Source: a virus
Reading direction: 5' to 3' (one strand)
DNA length: 64,000 bases
IMG/VR virus record: IMGVR_UViG_3300012663_000526
Coordinates: 32,001-96,000 of that record
Below the pieces are notes generated by a model that saw nothing but the letters and a program-made list of their open reading frames with translations, did no database searches and was not told the DNA's origin. A program made the position numbers and the translations under genes. Below, in pieces: positions 1-8,415 of this stretch. How positions within the stretch are numbered: position 1 is the first letter of the stretch; each line of letters starts with the position of its first letter.

Positions 1-2
1 CC

Positions 3-1058
3 TTTATAAATGTACTTCCCTCAGAGCTTGCGGAGTTGTCACAAGACGCTATAAATAGTGCTTTAGTTATGGGTCTACATATGACAAAAACATATGATGA
101 CACTTTAAATACAATAACAGTTTCTTCTACTCTTACAAACGTAGACAATACATCGGATGCAGATAAGCCAATATCAACTGCTACATCAACAGCATTAGCA
201 CTAAAAGCTCCTTTAGCCAATCCCGCTTTAACTGGAATTCCAACAGCACCAACTGCTGTGTCTACAACCAATACAACTCAAATTGCAACAACAGAATTCG
301 TAAAGACTGCAATAGCAAATGTTATTGATTTAGCTCCAGGTGCCTTAGACACGTTAAATGAACTCGCCGCCGCAATCAATGATGACGCTTCATACGCATC
401 TACAGTTACTACTGCATTAGGACTAAAAGCTCCTTTAGCCTCACCAACATTTAGCGGAAACGTATCTCTCCCAGCAACTACATCTATTGGAGATGTGTCT
501 AGTACAGAAATATCTTATTTAAATAATGCAACCAGCGAAATACAGGCACAAATAGATCTCAAAGCCCCATTGCTAAATCCAACTTTTACTGGAACGGTAA
601 GCGGAATTACAAAAACAATGGTTGGACTTGGAAATGTTGATAACACTTCAGATTTAGAGAAGCCAATATCTTCTTTAACAGCAACACGTATTGGCTTGTT
701 AGAAACTCAAGTTGTAGACGGATTAGCTGCAAAGGTTGATAAGGCAACTATACCAACATTAAAGTCAGACACTGCTTACACAATTAGCAATCAAACAGAT
801 AGATATAATAGAATTGAATTTGACGCTTCAACAGCAATTACAGTAACTATTCCAACAAATATAAATGATCCGTGGCCAATAGGCTCAAGCTGTGAAATTA
901 TGCAGGCTGGAACTGGAAAAATAACTGTAGTTGGTCAATCTGGAGTAACACTAAGAGCCCCAGACAATCAATTTAAAACTAGAGTTCAATGGAGCACACT
1001 AATTCTTGAAAAAAGAGGCACAAACGATTGGCTAGTATCTGGAGATTCTGATCTATAA
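3..1058 (+). CDS. Virion fibre/tail-fibre-like protein, 5'-truncated by the window edge
   Basis: Frame is open from nt 3 (FINVLPSELAEL...) upstream of the TTG at 36. Fibre repeats KAPLASPTF(T/S)G, NVDNTSD.DKP(I/V)S and LDTLNELAAAINDD. C-terminal Q.G.G...W...GD cap typical of phage fibres. Confidence 0.75.
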   Translation, partial: FINVLPSELAELSQDAINSALVMGLHMTKTYDDTLNTITVSSTLTNVDNTSDADKPISTATSTALALKAPLANPALTGIPTAPTAVSTTNTTQIATTEFVKTAIANVIDLAPGALDTLNELAAAINDDASYASTVTTALGLKAPLASPTFSGNVSLPATTSIGDVSSTEISYLNNATSEIQAQIDLKAPLLNPTFTGTVSGITKTMVGLGNVDNTSDLEKPISSLTATRIGLLETQVVDGLAAKVDKATIPTLKSDTAYTISNQTDRYNRIEFDASTAITVTIPTNINDPWPIGSSCEIMQAGTGKITVVGQSGVTLRAPDNQFKTRVQWSTLILEKRGTNDWLVSGDSDL

Positions 1059-2458
1059 TGGGACTATCAAGAAAAAAAAGAAATATTGTATCCTCAAGAC
1101 TAAAGGCATTTGTATTTTTCCAAGATAGTTTTAATAATTATTTTAAGGGCGGATGGAAATTTAGAAGAGGTCAATGGACAGCTGGTTCTTCTACTGCATC
1201 AACAGCATATAGCTCATCTCTTTATCCAATGGCTTCAGTTCCAATGAAAGATCCAAATGTAACTATTTCTATTAAAAATCCAGGCATTGGATCAGGTGCC
1301 GCTCTTTGGGTAACAGATGAAGGTAACTGGTACGGATTAGTTTCTTCACAAGTAGCAAGTCCTGGAACAGGAGCATGTCTTTCTGTAAATCCTTATAATC
1401 CTTGTGGAGCAACAAATGGTTGCGAAGGCACTGGAGGAAATTGTTACGGAAGCGGCGGATGCTCAGGCACTGGAGGAAATTGTGTTGCAACTGGCGGAAA
1501 CTATGCTGGCACAAACTATGAGTGCCAAGCTTCAAACCCAAGCTGTAATGTTGAGTATGCAAATTGTGTTGCAACTGGTGGAAACTGTAATCAAGGTGGA
1601 TTTAACTGTAATACATTTGGCGGAAACTGCAGGGCTACAGGAGGAAACTGTAACACTGGTGGTGGAAACTGTAGAGCTGGAACTGGTGGAAACTGTTCTC
1701 AATATGGTTGGTGCGGAATCCCATTTGCAGCAAGCTACTGGTGCTGTAATAGATATAATCCTTACAATCCATGCCCAAGCACTAACCCATACAACCCTTG
1801 TGTTAACATAAACCCATATAACCCATGTGCAAGCTTAAACCCATATAACCCATGTGTAAACATTAACCCATATAACTATTGCATAAATATAAATCCATAC
1901 AATCCATGTGCATCCACAAACCCATACAATCCTTGTGTTAACGTAAACCCTTACAACCCATGTGCATCTACTGTTCCTAGAGATCAGTATAATCCAGTAA
2001 ATCCATGTGGCTCCACAAACCCATATAATCCATGTGGCTCCGTAAACCCTTACAATCCATGTGCTGGAGTCAACCCATACAACCCTTGTGGTGCAGGAGG
2101 AAACTGTGCTGGAACTGGTGGAACATGTAGCTCTTATGCAACTACCTATCCAAGATACTTACAGCTTATTAGGTTTACATCAAATGTTGCAACAGCTATA
2201 TATACTTTCACTTTAGATGCAGTAACAAGCTATGTTCAGATGAAGGGTCTAAAAATTCAAATATCAAATGCCACCAAAGGTGGAACTACAGCCACAATAA
2301 CAGCCAAAGCATACTCTGACACCGCAATGGTGACCCAAATTGGAAGTGATTTGATATATAACGCAACAGGTGTTAATATTGTAGCTAACTACGGAATAGT
2401 TGTTTCTCCAAGCAGCTATAACCAAGAAAGTTCACTTGGAGAAATTACAATATCGTGA
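1058..2458 (+). CDS. Cys-rich repeat protein: probable beta-sandwich (ConA-like) domain split by a 251-aa Cys-ladder insertion
   Basis: Start overlaps the upstream stop (TAATG). All 32 Cys lie in aa 107-357. Flanks (FQDSF...W...GSGAALWVTDEGNWYG / YLQLIR...TITAKAYSD...YGIVVSPS) are beta-strand rich. Confidence 0.8.
   Translation: MGLSRKKRNIVSSRLKAFVFFQDSFNNYFKGGWKFRRGQWTAGSSTASTAYSSSLYPMASVPMKDPNVTISIKNPGIGSGAALWVTDEGNWYGLVSSQVASPGTGACLSVNPYNPCGATNGCEGTGGNCYGSGGCSGTGGNCVATGGNYAGTNYECQASNPSCNVEYANCVATGGNCNQGGFNCNTFGGNCRATGGNCNTGGGNCRAGTGGNCSQYGWCGIPFAASYWCCNRYNPYNPCPSTNPYNPCVNINPYNPCASLNPYNPCVNINPYNYCININPYNPCASTNPYNPCVNVNPYNPCASTVPRDQYNPVNPCGSTNPYNPCGSVNPYNPCAGVNPYNPCGAGGNCAGTGGTCSSYATTYPRYLQLIRFTSNVATAIYTFTLDAVTSYVQMKGLKIQISNATKGGTTATITAKAYSDTAMVTQIGSDLIYNATGVNIVANYGIVVSPSSYNQESSLGEITIS
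1376..2128 (+). repeat. Coding tandem repeats: ~21-nt (xxTGGNC) block followed by ~27-nt (xxxNPYNPC) block
   Basis: Directly visible, e.g. repeated aacccatacaacccttgt and actggtggaaactgt. Third-position divergence shows selection at protein level. Confidence 0.95.
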
Positions 2459-2468
2459 GGAGTATATT

Positions 2469-2675
2469 ATGACAGAAAACATCCCAACCTGGGAAAGAAT
2501 AGGTTCAGGAGAAGGGCCTGCTCAGATTGCCTTCGCTTTGGTTTTAGATGGCATCGTTCAGCAAGTTATGTCTACAAATGTAGCCACAGCATCTCTTTTA
2601 TTAGAAGGACCACAAATTATAAGATGTAAGGATGACGCTGAAGTTGGAATGACAGTTGAACAAGCTGCGCTCTAA
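2469..2675 (+). CDS. Small hypothetical protein (possible fibre chaperone), paralog of 3378-3686
   Basis: GAGGAG SD before ATG 2469, preferred over 2400. IAFALVLDGIVQQVM...LLLEGPQII aligns with YSIALVLDNEVQDIL...MLMSNPVIV. Confidence 0.7.
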   Translation: MTENIPTWERIGSGEGPAQIAFALVLDGIVQQVMSTNVATASLLLEGPQIIRCKDDAEVGMTVEQAAL

Positions 2676-2703
2676 GTAACACCCTAATAGAATAGAGAAG
2701 TAA

Positions 2704-3381
2704 TTGAGAATAATAAAGTTTATTCCGTTTGGCGGAAGGAAAAACCTTATGCCTCCATCTATATCAAAAATACCACAATGGTGGAAAGATGGAGAAACAT
2801 CTACATCTGCTGGAACTCCAGGACTTAAGTCGTGTGTTCCCTTTATGGAAATAATGAAGTCTGGATATACAATAAATTTACCATTTGATATATTTGTTTC
2901 TAGGAATGAAGATGGAACTACAAATTTAAGATGGAACGCTCCAAATGAAGCTGGTTGGCCAAACTTTATTGAAGAAAGACCACCAGATCTTGGGAAAACA
3001 ATTCCAAGACCAGCAGGACATCTTCCAAATGGATTTGTATGGACATCACAATGGTCATGGAAAACTCCAAAAGGATATAGTACGATAGTAACTCATCCAT
3101 TTAATAGATTTGATCTTCCATTTACTACAGTATCTGGCATAGTAGATTCAGATAAATTTCAGGGAAATGGAAATATTCCATTTTTCTTAAAAGAAGATTT
3201 TCAAGGCGTAATTCCAGAAGGAACTCCAGTAGCCCATATATTTCCATTCAAAAGAGATAAGTGGAAGTCTTGGGTAGATGATTCTGTGGTAGAGTCTATA
3301 TATAAGAATCAAATAGCTAATTTAAGAGAGCCTGATGGTTCGTATAAAAAGGCATTCTGGGTAAAAAAGGTGTATGAATGA
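2704..3381 (+). CDS. dUTPase-fold-like hypothetical protein (DUF6065-related), copy 1
   Basis: Motifs IPQWWK, KSCVPF, WKTPKGYS, HPFNR, SGIVDSD, IPEGTPVAHIFPFKR. Resembles dUTPase motifs 3 and 4; no Gly-rich motif 5. Confidence 0.7.
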   Translation: MRIIKFIPFGGRKNLMPPSISKIPQWWKDGETSTSAGTPGLKSCVPFMEIMKSGYTINLPFDIFVSRNEDGTTNLRWNAPNEAGWPNFIEERPPDLGKTIPRPAGHLPNGFVWTSQWSWKTPKGYSTIVTHPFNRFDLPFTTVSGIVDSDKFQGNGNIPFFLKEDFQGVIPEGTPVAHIFPFKRDKWKSWVDDSVVESIYKNQIANLREPDGSYKKAFWVKKVYE

Positions 3382-3686
3382 TATTTAAAAAGAAAAACAG
3401 GATTGAAAAAATAAATCCAAAAACAGATAACTTTAAGGAACCAAAGACTTATCACGAAGAAAAAAAGATATACTCAATTGCACTAGTTCTAGATAATGAA
3501 GTTCAAGATATTCTTAGAACAGAAGAAAGACTCTGGGCAATGTTAATGAGTAATCCAGTAATAGTAGACATTACGGACAATGAGACAAGACCACAATTAA
3601 ACTGGGAATACAACGAGGAAACAGGAGAGTTCACAAATCCAAATGCAATTCAACCCAACAACGAAGAAGATCAAAGCTCTATCTGA
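3378..3686 (+). CDS. Small hypothetical protein (possible fibre chaperone), paralog of 2469-2675
   Basis: ATGA overlap with upstream gene. ALVLD.EVQ motif. C-terminal WEYNEETGEFTNP resembles the W.Y....F..P ends of fibre-associated chaperones. Confidence 0.7.
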   Translation: MIFKKKNRIEKINPKTDNFKEPKTYHEEKKIYSIALVLDNEVQDILRTEERLWAMLMSNPVIVDITDNETRPQLNWEYNEETGEFTNPNAIQPNNEEDQSSI

Positions 3687-4323
3687 AGATATTAGAATAG
3701 ACTGGGAAAAACCTTCCCCAGCTTCAAAAGAAATACCTAAATGGTTTAAAAAAATTGAAGCGGTAAATGATGAAAATCATGATATGACAATAAAGAAGTG
3801 CATCCCTTTCTTGGACACACTTACAACTGGATATATGTTTAAAACATCTGCAGATGTAATATATGACGAAGAGTATCATAGATTCTTAGACAATGGTGTA
3901 TCTGAAACCGTTACACTTCATCCTACATTTCAAATAGAAAATATGGAGATAGATAGCAATCTACACCCACTTCCGTATAAATGGATTAACAAGTTTATGT
4001 GGCAGACTCCTAAAGGATACAGCACCATGTTCTTGCACCCATTAAACAGAACAGACCTTCCATTCCAATCTATATCTGGTATCGTAGATACAGATGACTT
4101 TCCTTTGTCAGTACAGTTCCCGTTTTTTATGAAAAAGGGATTCTCTGGTTTAATACCAGCAGGAACTCCAATTATTCAAGCCATACCTTTTAAAAGAGAT
4201 GACTGGGATCTTAAGTTTCCAGATCAACAAGAATCTTACGAATACGAAGGTTTTTGGAATTGGTTCCAGCCTCCTATGGCAAAGTACAAAAGGCAATTCT
4301 GGAAGAGAAAGCGCTATCAGTGA
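3643..4323 (+). CDS. dUTPase-fold-like hypothetical protein (DUF6065-related), copy 2
   Basis: IPKWFK, KKCIPF, WQTPKGYS, HPLNR, SGIVDTD, IPAGTPIIQAIPFKR, YKRQFW. Clear paralog of 2704-3381. Confidence 0.7.
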   Translation: MQFNPTTKKIKALSEDIRIDWEKPSPASKEIPKWFKKIEAVNDENHDMTIKKCIPFLDTLTTGYMFKTSADVIYDEEYHRFLDNGVSETVTLHPTFQIENMEIDSNLHPLPYKWINKFMWQTPKGYSTMFLHPLNRTDLPFQSISGIVDTDDFPLSVQFPFFMKKGFSGLIPAGTPIIQAIPFKRDDWDLKFPDQQESYEYEGFWNWFQPPMAKYKRQFWKRKRYQ

Positions 4324-5159
4324 AAGACAAGAAAACTCCATGGGATATTTTTAAGTCTAAGGGTCAAGAAAAGGTATCCTTAGAGGATGAAGTAAAAAAA
4401 GACTACATAAATGATGACGACTTCTTGGTGCCAGAAAAAACTCTAGCATTTTACGCTACAAGAGATACTAGACATAATTTGTCAGATGTGATGGAAAGTT
4501 TAATTGGTCACCCGAATAGGGATTGGTTTGCAGTCACAGCATTTTCTTTTTGTCTTCCATTAACAATAGCAAATCAATATGGATTTGTAGTAAAGTCAAA
4601 TTGGGATATGGAAATAACTTGGGATGGTAAAGCAGAGTCTTCGCCTCAGATAAAATCAGATGGTTGGCAAAACCATGATTCAATTCAGCCTATTATAGGA
4701 GATTTTGCAAATGGAATAATTAGCCTAGAAAATGCGTTTATAGTAAGAACCCCAAGAGATACGAATCTAATGATCATGCAGCCTCCAAATTACTTTATAC
4801 CAGGACTTCACACAATGAGTGCCGTAGTTGAAGCGGATAACCTTAGAAGAAATTTTACCTTCAACATAAAGGTTACTGAGCCAAATAAGGTTATAAATAT
4901 TAAAAAGGGTGACTGGCTTGCGGCATTTATTCCAATACCAAGATTTTACGTAGATAGCTTTGAGATGAAAGACGCATTTAAGCTCTTTGGCGATGAAGTA
5001 ATAAAAAACGAGCTAGAGTCCATGCATAAGCTTGGTTGGGAAAGGAATAATCAAGACTATGATAAAATTAATGGTTCAGGAAGAAGATATTTTAAGGGCA
5101 AGCATGTAAATGATACTCCTTATAGAAATCATCAGAAAAGGGCGGGGTTAAATGGATAA
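4320..5159 (+). CDS. DUF6065-like protein (divergent third member)
   Basis: GTG 4320 overlaps the upstream TGA. RDWF...FCLPLTIANQYGF, QPPNY, AVVEAD, FTFN, IKKGD..A.FIPIPR. Confidence 0.7.
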   Translation: MKDKKTPWDIFKSKGQEKVSLEDEVKKDYINDDDFLVPEKTLAFYATRDTRHNLSDVMESLIGHPNRDWFAVTAFSFCLPLTIANQYGFVVKSNWDMEITWDGKAESSPQIKSDGWQNHDSIQPIIGDFANGIISLENAFIVRTPRDTNLMIMQPPNYFIPGLHTMSAVVEADNLRRNFTFNIKVTEPNKVINIKKGDWLAAFIPIPRFYVDSFEMKDAFKLFGDEVIKNELESMHKLGWERNNQDYDKINGSGRRYFKGKHVNDTPYRNHQKRAGLNG

Positions 5160-5421
5160 TAGCGATATTCCTAAGTGGAAGAATGTCCCAGCTAGACCAT
5201 GGGATTTGTTTAATAAAAAAATAGGAAGAGTTCCTTCTGAGGTTGCGGCTGAAAGATTTGAAATTTGCAAGGCTTGCCCTAGATATGTAAAATCTACACA
5301 TCAATGCTTAGAGTGTGGATGTATTATGAATTTAAAAGTTAAGCTGCCTAATGCCGAATGTCCTTTGGGTCATTGGGGCCAAGTAGACTTAGAAGAGAGT
5401 ACAGACTTAGATAAGGAATAA
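5152..5421 (+). CDS. Small Cys-cluster (CxxC...CxxCGC...CP) protein
   Basis: RFEICKACP...QCLECGCIM..K..L..AECPLGHW; six Cys. Confidence 0.75.
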   Translation: MDNSDIPKWKNVPARPWDLFNKKIGRVPSEVAAERFEICKACPRYVKSTHQCLECGCIMNLKVKLPNAECPLGHWGQVDLEESTDLDKE

Positions 5422-5440
5422 CGATTTATGCTTAATTTAA

Positions 5441-5457
5441 GGTATAATTAAAGCATG
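5441..5457 (+). promoter_or_regulatory. -10 box (TATAAT) 6 nt before ATG: probable leaderless promoter
   Basis: TATAAT at 5443-5448, ATG at 5455, no SD. Confidence 0.6.
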
Positions 5458-8415
5458 GCTACGTCATTCCCAACCTCAAAAGATACTCTGATTAATCCAC
5501 AACCTCTGGATTCACCAGAATTAGTATCACATGCCGCCCAGCATGCTAACGCAAATGACGCAATTGAAGCCCTTGAGACAAAGGTTGGAGTTAATAACTC
5601 TGCTGATGCCACATCCCATGACTATAAAATAAGAACCCTAGAATCTTATGCAATTAGCTATGAAACAGCTCAGGATGCCGCAGGAGCCCTTTTAGGACAC
5701 ACTAACCATACAAACCTTATAGCGACCTATGACGATGTTTTAAATGAAGTTAGACTTTCAGTAGCCGCTCCAGATGTTGCTAGAACAATTTATCAAACTG
5801 CCAAAAATGAAACAGGATCTACACTGGCAAAAGGAAAGCCAGTATATGTAACTGGAGCAGTAGGTGCATCAGGAAAAATTAAAGTTGGGCTAGCCTCAAA
5901 TGTATCAGAAGCACAATCAAGCAAGACATTTGGATTTACAGCAGAGTCTATTTCTAATAATAGCGAAGGCCAAATAATTACAGAAGGACTTCTTTCTAAT
6001 ATTAATACAGTTGACGGAGCTGACGGAGATCCTGTATGGCTTGGATCAAATGGTAGTTTAATATTTGGTCTTGTCAATAAGCCAAAAGCACCACAGCATC
6101 TTGTATTCCTTGGAATTGTTGTAAGAGGCGGACATGCCAATAACGGATCAATATTTGTTAAGATACAAAATGGATTTGAGCTTGAAGAATTACACAATGT
6201 TTTAATTAAGTCTCCAGCAAATAGTCAAGCTCTTGTATATGATTCAGCTTCAGGTTTATGGAAGAATATAAGCATAAATGCTGGAACTGGAATAACAAAA
6301 ACATACACTTCGGTTCCCCCCAATTATCGTGGAGACTATGACAACGGTGCATACTATGCAATAAATGATGTTGTCAGCATCCCAGTTGGAAGTCCATACG
6401 GAATAGTAGGTTCATATTTTATAAGGTCTGGAAATCCAGGAAACCCAGGATATCCTCCAGAGCCAGGCGGAGCAACAAATGCTTCTTGGACTTTATTTGA
6501 TTTTTCTTCAAGTATAACTATTGGAGTAGATACTTCAGTAATAGCAACTCAATCTTATGTAACTACAGCAATATCTAATTTGCTAGATGGAGCACCAGCC
6601 GCTCTAGATACTTTAAATGAATTAGCAGCAGCAATAAATGACGATGCTTCTTATGCAGCAACAATAACAACTGCACTAGGAACAAAATTAAACTCAACAA
6701 CTGCAGCCACTACTTATCTTGCCCTTGCAGACACAGACGAAAGAATACAAGATGTAGTTGGGGGAATGGTTTCTTCAAATACTGAAGGCGGAATTGAAGT
6801 AACATACGATGACCCAACAGGAAAGCTTAATTTTAGTGTCACCCCAGCGCTTATAACAGAGTTTGTAGAATCAGCACAAGATGCATCAGCCTCATTATTA
6901 AATCACTCAGATCATAATAAAATAACAGCTACATATAATGACGAAACAAATAAAGTAATATTAAATGTAGATGAGCCAATTAAGGTTAGTGTTTCAGCGC
7001 CAGCAAACCCATTAAATGGAGATAGCTGGTTTGATCATCAGACTGGAGTGCTTTATGTTTACGATGGCTCATACTGGATTGAAGTATCAGGCGGAACTGG
7101 CTTTACAGCTAGCGGTATAAATGACTTGCCAGATAGTATTGCATATTTAGATGGAGTCACAAGTAACGTTCAAACACAATTAAATGCAAAAGCTCCACTG
7201 GCTTCTCCAGCTTTAACTGGTACGCCAACTTCTACAACTGCTTCTGTAGATACAAATACTACACAGATAGCGACTACAGCATATGTAATGGGTCAAGGAT
7301 ATGCTAAGTTAGCAGGTCCAACATTTACTGGAACGGTTACGTTGCCATCTACAACTTCTATAGGAACAATAACATCAGCGGAGCTTGGATATGTTGACGG
7401 AGTAACCTCATCAATTCAAACACAAATAAACACTAAGTCTCCTTCTGTTTCTCCAACTTTTACAGGAAACGTAGTTCTTCCGTCTACAACATCAATTGGA
7501 AATGTTTCAGATATAGAGATTGGGTATTTAGATGGAGTAACATCTTCTATCCAAACTCAAATAAATACAAAATTAGCAACTGCATCTTTTAGCTATGTAA
7601 ATATGGTAAAGGCTACTTATGCAAATGTTGGCTCACTTCCTGCCGCTGCTTCAAATACTGGAAAAGTTATGTATGTAACTGCTGACGGATATATGTACTA
7701 TTCAACAGGAGCAACTTGGGTAAAGATTGCAAAATTTAACGATACAACAGCTTTAACATATAATATTAATGCGCTTACAGATGTTGATACTGGAACCGTT
7801 GCCCCATTAGTAAATCAAGTATTAGCATGGAATGGGTCTCAGTGGGTTCCAGCAAATCAGAATTCAGCAACCCCATCAATAACATTAGATGACATTACAA
7901 ATGTTGATTTTTCTGTTCCTCCTGAAACTGATGATGTTCTTACATATAATGGTTCAGAATGGGTTGCGGCTGCTGGAGGAAATTCAGTTGTAGAAATACC
8001 AGCCTTTGCAGATTTAACAGATATATTCCAAACAGCAGACATGATTGCTTATCCAGCAATAACAAGGCTAACTGTTACTGCTGCAGGATCATCTGGATAT
8101 GTCTTTGGAGATCAATATAATAATACAGTAAATCCAACAGTTTATGCTATATCAGGAACAACAATTGCATTTAATTTAAATGTGCCAGGTCATCCATTCT
8201 TAATTCAAACATCTGGCGGAGCTAACTCTAACGCAGGACTTGTGCATGTATCTACAGATGGAACTGAAAGTGTTGGGGGAAATGCACAGGGTAAAACAGA
8301 AGGAACTCTTTACTGGCGCATACCATTCAATACTACTGGCAACTATAAATATCAATGCTCAATTCACGTTGGGATGAATGGAGTTATTACGATTAAGGAT
8401 ATTGCTACAATATGA
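5455..8415 (+). CDS. Mosaic virion fibre protein with CBM5/12-like insert and C-terminal cupredoxin-like domain
   Basis: Fibre repeats (LDGVTSSIQTQIN, LDTLNELAAAINDD, LTDVD...QVL.WNGS.W). C-terminal GHPF...YQCSIHVGM. Confidence 0.8.
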   Translation: MATSFPTSKDTLINPQPLDSPELVSHAAQHANANDAIEALETKVGVNNSADATSHDYKIRTLESYAISYETAQDAAGALLGHTNHTNLIATYDDVLNEVRLSVAAPDVARTIYQTAKNETGSTLAKGKPVYVTGAVGASGKIKVGLASNVSEAQSSKTFGFTAESISNNSEGQIITEGLLSNINTVDGADGDPVWLGSNGSLIFGLVNKPKAPQHLVFLGIVVRGGHANNGSIFVKIQNGFELEELHNVLIKSPANSQALVYDSASGLWKNISINAGTGITKTYTSVPPNYRGDYDNGAYYAINDVVSIPVGSPYGIVGSYFIRSGNPGNPGYPPEPGGATNASWTLFDFSSSITIGVDTSVIATQSYVTTAISNLLDGAPAALDTLNELAAAINDDASYAATITTALGTKLNSTTAATTYLALADTDERIQDVVGGMVSSNTEGGIEVTYDDPTGKLNFSVTPALITEFVESAQDASASLLNHSDHNKITATYNDETNKVILNVDEPIKVSVSAPANPLNGDSWFDHQTGVLYVYDGSYWIEVSGGTGFTASGINDLPDSIAYLDGVTSNVQTQLNAKAPLASPALTGTPTSTTASVDTNTTQIATTAYVMGQGYAKLAGPTFTGTVTLPSTTSIGTITSAELGYVDGVTSSIQTQINTKSPSVSPTFTGNVVLPSTTSIGNVSDIEIGYLDGVTSSIQTQINTKLATASFSYVNMVKATYANVGSLPAAASNTGKVMYVTADGYMYYSTGATWVKIAKFNDTTALTYNINALTDVDTGTVAPLVNQVLAWNGSQWVPANQNSATPSITLDDITNVDFSVPPETDDVLTYNGSEWVAAAGGNSVVEIPAFADLTDIFQTADMIAYPAITRLTVTAAGSSGYVFGDQYNNTVNPTVYAISGTTIAFNLNVPGHPFLIQTSGGANSNAGLVHVSTDGTESVGGNAQGKTEGTLYWRIPFNTTGNYKYQCSIHVGMNGVITIKDIATI

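Noticed and set aside
1404-1811. Alternative-frame ORF over the Cys repeats
   Set aside because: By-product of repetitive codons; no SD and no independent features.
1750-2090. 27-nt periodic repeats as a CRISPR array or ncRNA
   Set aside because: Repeats are in-frame coding units with synonymous variation and no unique 30-40 nt spacers.
1058-2458. RiPP precursor with repeated cores
   Set aside because: Repeats are embedded between globular flanks in a structural operon; no leader, protease, transporter or known RiPP enzyme seen. Post-translational modification is still possible.
2704-4323. Canonical dUTPases
   Set aside because: Only motif 3/4-like remnants; motifs 1, 2 and 5 not recognisable.
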